Shown in pieces: positions 1-9,738 of a stretch of DNA of 64,000 nucleotides. Below the pieces are notes generated by a model that ran no database searches, had not been told where the DNA came from, and was given only the letters and a program-made list of their open reading frames with translations. Every line of letters starts with the position of its first letter. The first letter of the stretch is position 1. Both the position numbers and the translations under genes were made by a program. Origin of the DNA: Ignavibacteriales bacterium (GTDB taxonomy: Bacteria > Bacteroidota > Ignavibacteria > UBA10030); contig JACPUH010000082.1 in NCBI GenBank assembly GCA_016192345.1, positions 12,025-76,024 on the forward strand. The letters are read 5' to 3'.

Positions 1-138
1 CATCCCATCCGCCTGCGTGCTGCGGGACGGACTCTGCACATGATGTGCAAAGAAGCCAAAGCACCACGAAAGAGACGAGGCGGTGTCCAAAAGATTTCCT
101 GAGCTCGAATGCAATTCGCCGCGGCGTTGACATGGTTG

Positions 139-1698
139 TTACTTCAGTAGTTGCAGTTTCAATGTTTTCTTTTGGCCGCCATACTGAACGACAGCCAGAT
201 ACACTCCGGATGCTGCGCGTCGGGCCAGGGCATCAGTTCCATCCCAACGCATCCGATATCGTCCCGCTCCGAGTTCTCCGTGAAGAATATCCTTCACCAG
301 CCGACCGGCAATATCGAACACCTGCATGCTAACTTCTCCCAGGAGGGGGAGTTCAAATTCGATCATTGTCTCCGGATTGAACGGGTTAGGGTAATTCTGG
401 AAAACGGAGAAGGACCCAGGAAGGAGGTTGTCAGGACCCATTGATGTTATCGGTCCACCCGATTCAAAAGCCCCGATGTCCGGGGCGGCACCGTTGTAGG
501 GAATTTCCACATTCGTTCCCGCGTCGATCAACCCGCTCCCGCCGGCAAGTCGCAGAAACGGAACATCGGGCAAACCCCCGTCCGGTTTTCGCGGACCGCG
601 CATGCCCGTAGTATCAAGAGAGACGAAGTCGGCCGCGGTCACGGTAAACGGAAGCATCCAGCTATTCGTTTGTTGCACTGCAAAACTGCCAATCGAGCCG
701 AAGGGTCCGACGGCAAGGGAATTGATCACGGTCAGGATCTTCCCGCTTACTAATGTTTGGCTCAGGCTGTAGTTCGTGCCGTTCCGATATGCTGAACCGT
801 TGTGAATGGTCATGGACCCACGGTTGTTATTCTGATCGAAGCCCTTCACCCGGTTGTCAAACGCAATACAGCTTTTGAGGATAACATTGTGTTTGAGGCT
901 GTCACTGTTTCCATTGTCTCCGCCCCCGAGCTTGAAACCGTTCCCGTTTCCATTGCTGGCGACACCGCTGGAAAGATAGCCATTCTTGAAGATCCAGCAA
1001 TGTTCCAGAACCGTTGTCACGTCATCGGCTCCCCGGAGGTACCCGTCGAAGCCGTCATCGGAGTTTTGCCACGCCCTGCAGCCATAGAACGAATTGCCGG
1101 TACCGACGGTGAGCTTCGGTGCGAACCCGTCCGCGTTCCCATGGCTCAGGTCGGCATTGTTGTACGAGTCACAATTGATAATCTGATTGTACGCGGCTCC
1201 GTTGGCCAGTTGGAGTCCGGTGTCCCTGTTTTCAGAGAGAGAGCAAAATTCGATGATATTGTACGATCCGTTATCGACCAGGATCCCGTTATCGCCCGCT
1301 CCTTTGATATCGAGTCCTTTGATATGCCAATACCAACCCTGAAGACGAATTCCCCTGTTACTCCCTGAAAGTGCCATCCCTGAGAAATCGAGGATCGGTC
1401 GTTCACCGGGGTAGGCAAGCAAATGAATGCGCTGGGTGGCGGTGCCGTATTTTGAAAGATTGACGGTCGTGAGAAGAGGATACACGCCCCCGCGCACAGA
1501 GATCGTATCGCCGGCTTGAGCAACGGAATGCGCTTTGGTGATAGTCGCAAATGGTTGCTCAAATGTTCCGGAGTTTAAATCATTCCCGGAAGGGGCGACG
1601 AAAATCTGGGCCTGCAACTGCATTCCCCACAAAAGAAGTCCGACACAGCTAAGAAGATATTTCACGAACAAATATGCAATTCCTCCACGACAGTTCAA
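139..1698 (-). CDS. Secreted right-handed parallel beta-helix (pectate-lyase-like, PbH1) protein with T9SS type-A C-terminal sorting domain
   Basis: N-terminal signal peptide. Beta-helix cap motif 'FVAPSGNDLNSGTFEQPFATITKAHSVAQAGDTISVRGGVY'. Asn/Gly-rich PbH1-like repeats. C-terminus 'FSVFQNYPNPFNPET...GVYLAVVQYGGQKKTLKLQLLK' is typical of a T9SS CTD. Listed start is TTG with GGGGAGG just upstream; alternative in-frame GTG start a few codons downstream (MKYLLSCVGLLLW...). Confidence 0.7.
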   Translation of the reverse strand: MNCRGGIAYLFVKYLLSCVGLLLWGMQLQAQIFVAPSGNDLNSGTFEQPFATITKAHSVAQAGDTISVRGGVYPLLTTVNLSKYGTATQRIHLLAYPGERPILDFSGMALSGSNRGIRLQGWYWHIKGLDIKGAGDNGILVDNGSYNIIEFCSLSENRDTGLQLANGAAYNQIINCDSYNNADLSHGNADGFAPKLTVGTGNSFYGCRAWQNSDDGFDGYLRGADDVTTVLEHCWIFKNGYLSSGVASNGNGNGFKLGGGDNGNSDSLKHNVILKSCIAFDNRVKGFDQNNNRGSMTIHNGSAYRNGTNYSLSQTLVSGKILTVINSLAVGPFGSIGSFAVQQTNSWMLPFTVTAADFVSLDTTGMRGPRKPDGGLPDVPFLRLAGGSGLIDAGTNVEIPYNGAAPDIGAFESGGPITSMGPDNLLPGSFSVFQNYPNPFNPETMIEFELPLLGEVSMQVFDIAGRLVKDILHGELGAGRYRMRWDGTDALARRAASGVYLAVVQYGGQKKTLKLQLLK

Positions 1699-1757
1699 AA
1701 CCTCCCCTTAAAACAAGCAGGGCCTGAGAGGAACTCTCAAGCCCCGCTCTTGCACCA

Positions 1758-3458
1758 TCACTTGATCAACGTCATTTTTCTTGAAAGAACGAGCTGCTGC
1801 GTCGACAGCTGATAGATATAGACACCGGAGACAAGGTGGGAAGCATTGAAATCCACGGCATGCTCACCCGCGTGCATAAACCCATCGACCAACGAAGCGA
1901 CTTTTCTGCCGAGCAGGTCGAACACTTCCAGCCTGACTTTTGAGTCGGTCGGCAGCGAATACGTGATCTTCGTCGCAGGGTTGAATGGGTTGGGATAATT
2001 CTGATCCAGCGAGAACGTTTCCGGAATGATTCCCTGGCCCGGAACTTCAACCGAGGTGGCCGGGTCTGTCAACCACTGTGCCTTTTTGGTCGGGAACCAA
2101 TTCAGGTCGCCAACAGGATAGCCGCCCGTAGCCGCTGTATAGGCAGAAGAAGAAGTGGAATATGAAGCATTCAGGGTATCCCGATAGTAAATAATATTCC
2201 GGCGGTCATAGTCATCCCTGGTCCGAACAAAGTTTGTCTGGACTTTTTGCCTTGTTCCTCCGTTCGGAGCCTCGTACCACCGCATCATCGTGGTCATGAC
2301 CTTCGGAATCTTCTGAAGGGTCAGGTTGACCTCACGAAATGCCGTTACAGAATCACCCCCTTGTTGCTGGAGTTTGCGGTTGATGTGCCATGAAAGAGGA
2401 GAGCCAACAGGAAAACTGAATCGGGTCAAGAATCCCCTTCCGGAATCGGAGATACTGTAATAGTTATTTCGAATCGTCCATTTTGTTGTATCGTTGGGGG
2501 CTGTGAAAATCCATGTGATTCTGTTTCTTCCATTCGGATACACCTCTCCCGTATTTGCCCATTCTGCAGCGCGGGACGCGTCCGTGGAATCCTCCCCTAA
2601 ACCAAACGCGTCGACGAATAGATTGTTCATAATATGGATTTGATTTCCCACATTGCCGAGTGAAAGGAGCCCATGGTATCCCATGCCATTCACAAAGGTA
2701 TTGTGGTTAATGCGGCCATATTTGATGGCCCCTGTCCCCGCGGTCGGGTTGGCAAAATTATAATGCCGGATCGCGCGGTCCTGGTAATTCACGAACGTGC
2801 AATTCTCCACAATAAAAGTATCGATGGTAGCCTCACGCAAGTCAAACCCTTTTCCGGCTCCGAGATTGGACGTCGTCAGGGCGCCCATATCGGCAAAAAT
2901 CGTATTCTTGGCCGAAACCTTTACCGCATTCGAACCGGTTCGAACATGCTGACCGTTGACATTGGAAAAAATGACCCCATCGAGGATGATCGAGGAACCG
3001 ACGGCGGTGGTATTGATCAAGCCGCCTTGAACCCCGTCTACGCGCTCCGGTTCAGGCTCATAGAAGCCGGCTACACCGATATTGGTCATTTCCAGGTTCC
3101 CACCGTTGAGAACGACGAAGTTTCCCGGAGGTCTTGTGGGGGTGGTCCCGGTTCCGCTCTCCCAAAGATAGATGATCGGTTTTTTTCCGGTCCCTGCAGC
3201 AGCGCGGAAACGAAGTGTCTTTCCGCTTTGGATGGTGATGATTGCCCGGGACAGGTACACTCCATCGCGTTGCAGTTCGTACACCCGGTTTGCGAGCAAT
3301 CCGCCTGTTGCAGTCGTATCGGCTGCAAACTGTTCGTTCACATAAGTTGCAGTTTGACCGTTGAAGGGAACGAGCGTCAAAACGCTTTCCTGTCCATAGG
3401 TCATTCCGGCGGCTATACAGAGGACCGCAAGTATGGTTACAACTTTTCTAAAAGACAT
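1758..3458 (-). CDS. Secreted beta-helix protein (possible polysaccharide lyase/hydrolase) with T9SS type-A CTD
   Basis: Start placed at the internal ATG (MSFRKVVTILAVLCIAAGMTYGQ, a signal peptide) preceded by GGGAGGT. The ORF track begins 42 codons upstream. Internal PbH1-like repeats. C-terminus 'FSLDQNYPNPFNPATKITYSLP...GVYIYQLSTQQLVLSRKMTLIK'. Confidence 0.65.
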   Translation of the reverse strand: MSFRKVVTILAVLCIAAGMTYGQESVLTLVPFNGQTATYVNEQFAADTTATGGLLANRVYELQRDGVYLSRAIITIQSGKTLRFRAAAGTGKKPIIYLWESGTGTTPTRPPGNFVVLNGGNLEMTNIGVAGFYEPEPERVDGVQGGLINTTAVGSSIILDGVIFSNVNGQHVRTGSNAVKVSAKNTIFADMGALTTSNLGAGKGFDLREATIDTFIVENCTFVNYQDRAIRHYNFANPTAGTGAIKYGRINHNTFVNGMGYHGLLSLGNVGNQIHIMNNLFVDAFGLGEDSTDASRAAEWANTGEVYPNGRNRITWIFTAPNDTTKWTIRNNYYSISDSGRGFLTRFSFPVGSPLSWHINRKLQQQGGDSVTAFREVNLTLQKIPKVMTTMMRWYEAPNGGTRQKVQTNFVRTRDDYDRRNIIYYRDTLNASYSTSSSAYTAATGGYPVGDLNWFPTKKAQWLTDPATSVEVPGQGIIPETFSLDQNYPNPFNPATKITYSLPTDSKVRLEVFDLLGRKVASLVDGFMHAGEHAVDFNASHLVSGVYIYQLSTQQLVLSRKMTLIK

Positions 3459-3583
3459 AGTTACCTCCCAGCATTTAAGAGTGGTTGAGGGGGAAAAGTT
3501 CTTGGCAAATCTTCCTGGCAACACCTCCTTGTGGGATTTGCCCATCAGAGAGCTTTTCGTGTGATTGTGGATTAGAGGGATCA

Positions 3584-6547
3584 TTATAATTCCAGTGTTA
3601 CGCCAAAGTCGGCCGTCAGGCCGTACATCTCGCTTTGATCAAACAAGGTACGGTCGAACACCCGATTAAAGATAGAACTGCCGTCTTCGATGTTCGTAAC
3701 ATTATTGAAATTCAAAGAGAGTGAAAGAAACGGGGTGACTTTTTGTTTTAATGCGACATCGACGCGCGTGAAGGCGGTCGTCAGCCGATCGTTCAGACCT
3801 GTCGCTGAGAACGAGAGATTATGCTCCCCCTGATGAAAGACCGAGACCCGTGCCGAGAAACCGTCGAGATCGTATCCGAGGGCGATGTTCCCAAAGAACT
3901 CCGGCATCCCCTCCAGTTTCTGTTTCCGCTCCACAAGGATGTTTGCCGACTTGGTGAGGGGAAAAGGACCCGAGGAATCGACATAGGTGATAGTCTTTGA
4001 TCCATAGAGGACCGTTTCAGAACGCACAAGGGAAGCGTTGTACGACAGGACGAAGTTTTTAAACGGTTCGGGGAGAAAATGAAAATTGATCTGTTGCTCC
4101 AATTCGAATCCCCATACTTTTGTTGGTTTGGGGGAGTTGTAGGGGATTGTCAGATTGTACGGTGTGGTGCGCATCTGGCTCTTCCAAGTGCTGCCAAATC
4201 GTTGAAGAAGTGTATCACCGACCGTGTTGAAATTGTTCAACATGTGATACATGTCGGTGATGTCCTTATAATAGGCCGATAAGGAAATAAGCCCAAAGGA
4301 ATTGTCATAGAACGATGTGTTGACCTCGATATTCCATGCCTTTGAAGTCCTTAAGGAGGGATTTCCGACAAACACCTGAAACTGGGTGCCGACCTCGGCC
4401 GGGCGTCCGGCGATGTATCGATTCAAACGCATATTGAAATCGGGTCTTCCCAGTGCCTTATAGGCCGCCACCCTTACACTCATAAAATCAAACGGTCTGT
4501 AGGAGATATTGAGGTTCGGCAAAAGGACGGATTGGACGAAAGAAGAAGTTGTATCGGTGATAGAATTGGTAGGGATGGGGAAGCCGGACACCGGCTGTGG
4601 CATAAATGTTGAGAGATAGTTGTTATCCTCGTTCTCGAGCCGGACGCCAGCGATGATTGTCAGGTCTTGCCCGACGTTCAAAGTGTTCATAATGTAGCCA
4701 GCGGCGACCCGTTCTGTGACAAAATAGTCGTCGTAACGGATGAGCGGATTCCCCCAGATCTCATACTGGTTCCCCGTGGCATCAATCCCATATTTATTCA
4801 ATTCTCTCCATTGACGCAGCCTGTCCTTCGCGATAAGCGGCTTGAGGGAATAGGAACCATAAACATCTCTTGCGGTGGGGCCACCAAAAAAGAAGCGGTC
4901 AATCCCGATAAATCCCCCGCCCGATTTTTGCCATTCTTCAAAATAGGTCCCTGTAAAGTCCTTTTTCCTGAACGTTCCATCCGGCAGCCTTTCATGGGTT
5001 TGCCAGCGTCCCAGGTAGTATGGGGTGAAATCTTCCCTCCGTGCATTGGATCGATTCTTGACCTTGAACTTTGCACCGAGCTTGACCTCGCCCGAGATCA
5101 TGCCTCCCGAGAGGTATTGTTTGCCGATATTCAGGAAGACGGTTTTTTCCTTATCATAATTATCCTGAGCACGATAGTACGCCCAGTACAATGATGCATT
5201 GGAGTAGTTATTGACCGCGTACGGGATAATTTGTTCGGGGCCGCTTGTGAACTCGGGGGTGGGATTCATGCCCGATGGTTCAACAAAAATCGCCTGGTAA
5301 TCATACGGGAATTCGGACTGGGATTCTGCAAACGAGGTACCCCAGTTCAGAGAAAATCCGAAGATGCTGTTGTCACCGCGGATCGAACTGCTCAGGGTTT
5401 TCGTGTCCTGCTCCCTATCGCGATAATCATAGACCGGCTGTCCCTGCTGGGTCCCACCCCCCCCCGATGGATACTCTCTGGTGGAAAGGAAATAGTCCCT
5501 CTTCGTTCTGCCGTAGACATTACTAATCCTCAGAGAGCCGCCATCAGGTGTGTTCAGGTCCAACAGAACACTTAAACCATCTCTCTTTCTCGTCTCGTCG
5601 GTAAATTCCAGGCGAAAATTGTTGATGAAATAGTTCGGCAGGTCCTGCCGGCCATAATCGACATTGATTCTCTCATTGCTTCGAATTCTTTTCTCGAGGT
5701 TGCCCGTAACCTGTACTCCCAGGATGTTATCGAAAAATCGTTCCCCATAGTGCAGTGCAAAAATATATTGCCGAGCTGAAGCCATGAGATCGTTATAGTC
5801 GCCCTTCATATCTGCCTTGATATCCCTAACCTCTGGAGCTTTCCTTGTCACCAGGTTAATGCTTCCAGCCAACGCATCCCCATCCTTGTCGGGAGTCAAT
5901 GCCTTGTAGAGTTCTACGCCTGCCAACGAACTTTGGGAAAGCATGGAGAGATCAACTCCGCGGCTTGTTGCATCGGTCGGGGGGATCTTCACCCCATCGA
6001 TCGTAATGCTCGTAAACTTATCCTCCAGACCGCGCAAAATCACCTTGTTGGCCTCTCCACCGGATCGGATCATGGAAACCCCCGGCAAACGACCGATGGC
6101 TTCCGCAGCATTTGCATCGGGTAGTTCCTGGATTTTCTCCCGTGATACGACATTGACAATGGTGTTCGCCGTCCTTTGTTGGTTGATTGCTGCAACTTGC
6201 CCACGTGCCTGAGCCGTGATGACCACTTCTTGCCCCTCGATGATATCGGGGAGGAGACGGACATCAACCAATAGTTCGTCAACACCAACGTTTACTTCGA
6301 TCGTCCTAGGTCGGTACCCGATATACGATATCCGCAGGGAATACCAACCGGCGGGAATATTGTGGATCCGGTACGTTCCTTCCCGATCGCTGGCGCTCCC
6401 GAGGGCCGTGCCGATGAGAAACACGTTGGCTCCGAGCAATGGCTCCGCTGTCAGCGAATCGCTCACAACACCGCGGATCGCACCTTGTGCAAAAACAACA
6501 AACGGAGAGACAAACAGCATGAATGCTATCACTCCCAACATCCCCAT
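3584..6547 (-). CDS. TonB-dependent outer-membrane receptor (SusC/RagA-like, N-terminal carboxypeptidase-regulatory-like domain plus plug plus barrel)
   Basis: Signal peptide MGMLGVIAFMLFVSPFVVFAQG. CarbopepD_reg-like 'RGVVSDSLTAEPLLGANVFL...GTYRIHNIPAGWYSLRISYIGYRPRTIEVNV'. Plug region 'NTIVNVVSREKIQELPDANAAEAIGRLPGVSMIRSGGE...ILRG'. About 1000 aa in total. Start is uncertain between M1, M14 and M16 of the ORF. Confidence 0.8.
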   Translation of the reverse strand: MGMLGVIAFMLFVSPFVVFAQGAIRGVVSDSLTAEPLLGANVFLIGTALGSASDREGTYRIHNIPAGWYSLRISYIGYRPRTIEVNVGVDELLVDVRLLPDIIEGQEVVITAQARGQVAAINQQRTANTIVNVVSREKIQELPDANAAEAIGRLPGVSMIRSGGEANKVILRGLEDKFTSITIDGVKIPPTDATSRGVDLSMLSQSSLAGVELYKALTPDKDGDALAGSINLVTRKAPEVRDIKADMKGDYNDLMASARQYIFALHYGERFFDNILGVQVTGNLEKRIRSNERINVDYGRQDLPNYFINNFRLEFTDETRKRDGLSVLLDLNTPDGGSLRISNVYGRTKRDYFLSTREYPSGGGGTQQGQPVYDYRDREQDTKTLSSSIRGDNSIFGFSLNWGTSFAESQSEFPYDYQAIFVEPSGMNPTPEFTSGPEQIIPYAVNNYSNASLYWAYYRAQDNYDKEKTVFLNIGKQYLSGGMISGEVKLGAKFKVKNRSNARREDFTPYYLGRWQTHERLPDGTFRKKDFTGTYFEEWQKSGGGFIGIDRFFFGGPTARDVYGSYSLKPLIAKDRLRQWRELNKYGIDATGNQYEIWGNPLIRYDDYFVTERVAAGYIMNTLNVGQDLTIIAGVRLENEDNNYLSTFMPQPVSGFPIPTNSITDTTSSFVQSVLLPNLNISYRPFDFMSVRVAAYKALGRPDFNMRLNRYIAGRPAEVGTQFQVFVGNPSLRTSKAWNIEVNTSFYDNSFGLISLSAYYKDITDMYHMLNNFNTVGDTLLQRFGSTWKSQMRTTPYNLTIPYNSPKPTKVWGFELEQQINFHFLPEPFKNFVLSYNASLVRSETVLYGSKTITYVDSSGPFPLTKSANILVERKQKLEGMPEFFGNIALGYDLDGFSARVSVFHQGEHNLSFSATGLNDRLTTAFTRVDVALKQKVTPFLSLSLNFNNVTNIEDGSSIFNRVFDRTLFDQSEMYGLTADFGVTLEL

Positions 6548-6844
6548 TCTCTTCGCGGGCGATGAATCAGTTTTCCAGGTCAGCATGGAAAGATCTTTCT
6601 GTGTTGGTTGAATCTCATTCTTGGAGAATCACGATACGGTTGAGAATCGTTTGATCACATCTGGTGAGGTGTTGATGGAAGCGTGTAGGAACTGCCTGAT
6701 GCGCGAAACCAGGAACACAATTCCACGGGATGTGGAACGCCTGATCGACGGAGAAGGTGTCGTGTTCATTCGCGGATCCTCCACTCGTGGGTTCTGGGCA
6801 GAATCTTGAAAGAGATGACGAATGTTGACTGTATCGTTTACTTT

Positions 6845-6885
6845 ACCGGTAACTGAACTTAAAGGAAAACTGGGTAACTGTCAAG
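6845..6885. promoter_or_regulatory. Perfect 10-bp palindrome TTACCGGTAA with two GGTAACTG direct repeats 29 bp apart, upstream of the TonB receptor gene
   Basis: Read directly: 'tttaccggtaactgaac...gggtaactgtcaag' in the 5' region of the minus-strand receptor gene. Candidate operator site. Confidence 0.2.
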
Positions 6886-7099
6886 CGAAATCGCCAGGCG
6901 GAATTTCTTAATTTTGGAAAAGAGGGTCTGGGAAGTCAGGACAGGAAGAGGGTACGGATTATCCCCCTCCCCTTCTCCACTTGAGCGGGAAGAAGAGGAT
7001 CAAGGAAAAAACCTTATCGCTTATTCTGAGGCATTATTGGATTTGGGGACTGACATCCTGGAACCCCAGGGCAAGATCATTACTTACGATTGTGCTTCC

Positions 7100-7906
7100 C
7101 TAGGTGCGATAGAGAAGTGGGTTCATTTCCGTGGAAGCGAGATCACCTGTCTTTGTGCCAGGCAGAAATGCATCGCGATCGGCGTGATGCTCCTTCCTGA
7201 CCAACTCGGTCAGCCTGATTCCGTCTTCCATGTAAATAATCGTCATGACCGCCCTAGGAGTCTCCGTCACATTCGGTCCTGCACGATGAAATGTCCATCC
7301 ATAGTGATAACTTACTTCCCCCAGATCGAAAGGACCCTCGTCGTATTCGAAATTCTGAGCCGCAAGGGATTCCTGAATCATAGCCTCACTCTTATCGCTG
7401 ATTGGAAGATCCCGGCCAATCTCCACTTTATGGCTTCGTGAGCTGAAGGCAAGAGGACCCATAGGAAGGGGCGTCGCCTGCAATGGCACCCAAACGGTGC
7501 ATGTGTTCGAATTGCTAAGGGGCCAATAATATTGATCTGCATGCCATGGGGTAATGCCGCCGCTCGGCTCTTTATAGAGAGCCTGATCATGATACAATCT
7601 CACTCCTCGCACTCCCATCAATTGAGCCGCGATCCCTGCAAGCTTCGGGCTCAGCACGAATTGGCGGACCATCTCGTTTTGACGCCATAGGTTCGTTACC
7701 TGAACAAATGCTTTTTCGTACGTCGTGCGCTCCGACATCGGCTTTTTGAGCAGGGGGTTCCTTTCCAGTACGACCCGTGTAATTTCATTTCTGTAGTGTT
7801 CGATACAATCCGGGGGAAGAACATGTTTCAGCTTGATGTAACCCCGTTCATGGAAAAAAGCCTGTTGCTCTTTCGTAACAGTGTGGTGTGTATGAAGACC
7901 ATCCAT
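7100..7906 (-). CDS. Phytanoyl-CoA dioxygenase (PhyH) family Fe(II)/2-oxoglutarate-dependent hydroxylase
   Basis: 268 aa. Motifs 'GGITPWHADQYYWPL' and 'VSYHYGWTFHRAGPN' are consistent with the PhyH/EctD-like fold. The ORF is the last gene of a solute-uptake operon. Confidence 0.75.
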   Translation of the reverse strand: MDGLHTHHTVTKEQQAFFHERGYIKLKHVLPPDCIEHYRNEITRVVLERNPLLKKPMSERTTYEKAFVQVTNLWRQNEMVRQFVLSPKLAGIAAQLMGVRGVRLYHDQALYKEPSGGITPWHADQYYWPLSNSNTCTVWVPLQATPLPMGPLAFSSRSHKVEIGRDLPISDKSEAMIQESLAAQNFEYDEGPFDLGEVSYHYGWTFHRAGPNVTETPRAVMTIIYMEDGIRLTELVRKEHHADRDAFLPGTKTGDLASTEMNPLLYRT

Positions 7907-8059
7907 TCCTTGGCTCCCTTATGAAAATCCATGACGGTGAATCGGATAAAACGACCCCCTAGCTCAAGCCTCCTCCTCAACCAGGTTTCAGCGCAATATC
8001 TTATTAGTCTCCGCGACGACATACACCAACACCCTCTTCGTGTGAGAGAGGCAGCCACT

Positions 8060-8212
8060 TCATTGTTCAGATATTTTCTTCTCCCTTGTTGTTACGGCAA
8101 GAAGTTCTTTTAAATCGCGCAAACCGTGTATGGCGGCAAAAGTTGCCACTCCAAAAAATGTCACCGCTGCGATCAGGAAGATGACGAACCAGATCATGGC
8201 TCCAGTACTCAT
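8060..8212 (-). CDS. Unannotated 50-aa single-TM protein, translationally coupled (ATGA overlap) to the upstream Na+/solute symporter
   Basis: Hand translation of the minus strand gives MSTGAMIWFVIFLIAAVTFFGVATFAAIHGLRDLKELLAVTTREKKISEQ*. Its ATG overlaps the symporter TGA stop (..GTGCCATGAGT..). It has a hydrophobic core and a charged tail. The ORF track (60-aa cutoff) shows a spurious 77-aa ORF in another frame instead. Confidence 0.4.
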   Translation of the reverse strand: MSTGAMIWFVIFLIAAVTFFGVATFAAIHGLRDLKELLAVTTREKKISEQ

Positions 8213-9738
8213 GGCACCTCCGCCTTCGTGATCGACTTTGGCGGATGCGACGATTGTGTGAACATGGACCCAAGGAACATTCCGGCCGCCGCAAACACAA
8301 AGCTCAGCAACCCCGCAGTATTGACATCTGTGATAAAAACAAGTTCAGCAGGCAGCATGGCAGGCGATTTTTCGAGGATAAGGAACCCCATGGGCGCTAA
8401 AGCTCCCAAGATCAGGGCTGTATACGCACCAACATTGTTCGCCTTGCTCCAATACAAACCTGCGGTGACACATCCAAGAGCTCCCGCCGTGTACATAGCC
8501 CCGGTAATGAACAGGTACTGAAACGCTGTGTCCGGGATCTGGTAAAACAGTCCGAAGATAAGGAGAAACACACCGATCATCCCTGCCGCAATGCGCGTGA
8601 CCCACATTGTCGTTCGCTCAGGAAAGTCCGTCGTCCGGAAACAGGCGATGACATCCCGGGCGAGCACGGAACTCCACGCCAGAAGGTAAGCACTATAGGT
8701 TGACATGGATGCAGCAAGCATGCCAGCGATCAGCAGGCCAAGAAGACCGGTTGGCACCAACTGCCCTAACATTTTCGGCATCGCTGCGGCCGAGGGCTCC
8801 CCCGGTCCCAGGTACGCCAGTGCAGCGACCCCCCACACCATGGGCACCATCGCCCGTCCTGCAAATGTCAGTCCTGTATAGAAGAACACCTTTCTTGCCA
8901 CGGTGGGACTTTCCGAAGCGAGAGCTTTGGACGTTCCCGGTTGCCAGAGCGCGCCAGCGGCAATATTGCTGATGAGAATCCAGACAATAAACATCCACCC
9001 GAATCGGGGGTTCACGAGCGGATCGTATCCCCCTTCCCCAAAATGTTCGGTCACAGCGGAAGCAAGCGTTCCCCAATCAAGATTCCAGAGAACGGCAATG
9101 GTCGCGACAAGCATTCCGACCGAGAGTACGACAAACTGCATGAAATCGGTGATCACAACGGAGAACATGCCGCCAAGGATCGTGTAGCTGATCACGATCA
9201 CCAACATGATGGTCATGACTATCAGAAGGGCATCAGGCCCAAACCCCATGACCTCCGTCAAAAAGATTCCATCGAATTTGAGAAAGATCCCCATGTTCAG
9301 GACACCGCCAAGAAAGAGGATCACACCTCCAAGCAATCGCACTTTGCGACTGTATCGGATCTCGTAGAACTCCGGTATGGTCATCACGCCATATTTTCGC
9401 AGCCCGGCAATGACAAAACCGGTCGAACCGACAAAGGAGTACGCGCATGCGGCCAAGATTCCGATGATAAAGCACGAGAAGCCGGTGAGATACCCAAGCT
9501 CCCCAAAATACATAAAGGTGATCGTGCCAAGCTCGGTCGCCACGAAGGTCGCAATGCCGAGCGAGAGCTTGACGCGCCTGCCGGCGACCATATATCCGCT
9601 CAGATCCTCGACGAAGCGCTTGGCCCAAAAGCCAAGACTCATGGCGAAAATCAGATACAGGACGATAATTGCGATGTCCAGCGTCGAGAAGTTCACCGCG
9701 TAAAGACCTGTCGCCAGAATTGTGCGTATTGATCCCAT
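8209..9738 (-). CDS. Sodium:solute symporter (SSS) family transporter
   Basis: Multi-TM protein. 'GLYAVNFSTLDIAIIVLYLIFAMSLGFWAKRFVEDLSGYMVAGRRV' is typical of the SSS family. Start placed at the internal ATG (MGSIRT..). The ORF track extends 32 codons further, to 9834. Confidence 0.85.
   Translation of the reverse strand: MGSIRTILATGLYAVNFSTLDIAIIVLYLIFAMSLGFWAKRFVEDLSGYMVAGRRVKLSLGIATFVATELGTITFMYFGELGYLTGFSCFIIGILAACAYSFVGSTGFVIAGLRKYGVMTIPEFYEIRYSRKVRLLGGVILFLGGVLNMGIFLKFDGIFLTEVMGFGPDALLIVMTIMLVIVISYTILGGMFSVVITDFMQFVVLSVGMLVATIAVLWNLDWGTLASAVTEHFGEGGYDPLVNPRFGWMFIVWILISNIAAGALWQPGTSKALASESPTVARKVFFYTGLTFAGRAMVPMVWGVAALAYLGPGEPSAAAMPKMLGQLVPTGLLGLLIAGMLAASMSTYSAYLLAWSSVLARDVIACFRTTDFPERTTMWVTRIAAGMIGVFLLIFGLFYQIPDTAFQYLFITGAMYTAGALGCVTAGLYWSKANNVGAYTALILGALAPMGFLILEKSPAMLPAELVFITDVNTAGLLSFVFAAAGMFLGSMFTQSSHPPKSITKAEVP

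Noticed and set aside
45-332. 95-aa plus-strand ORF at the window start
   Set aside because: It lies entirely antisense to the well-supported beta-helix/T9SS cargo gene 139..1698 and has no recognisable motifs.
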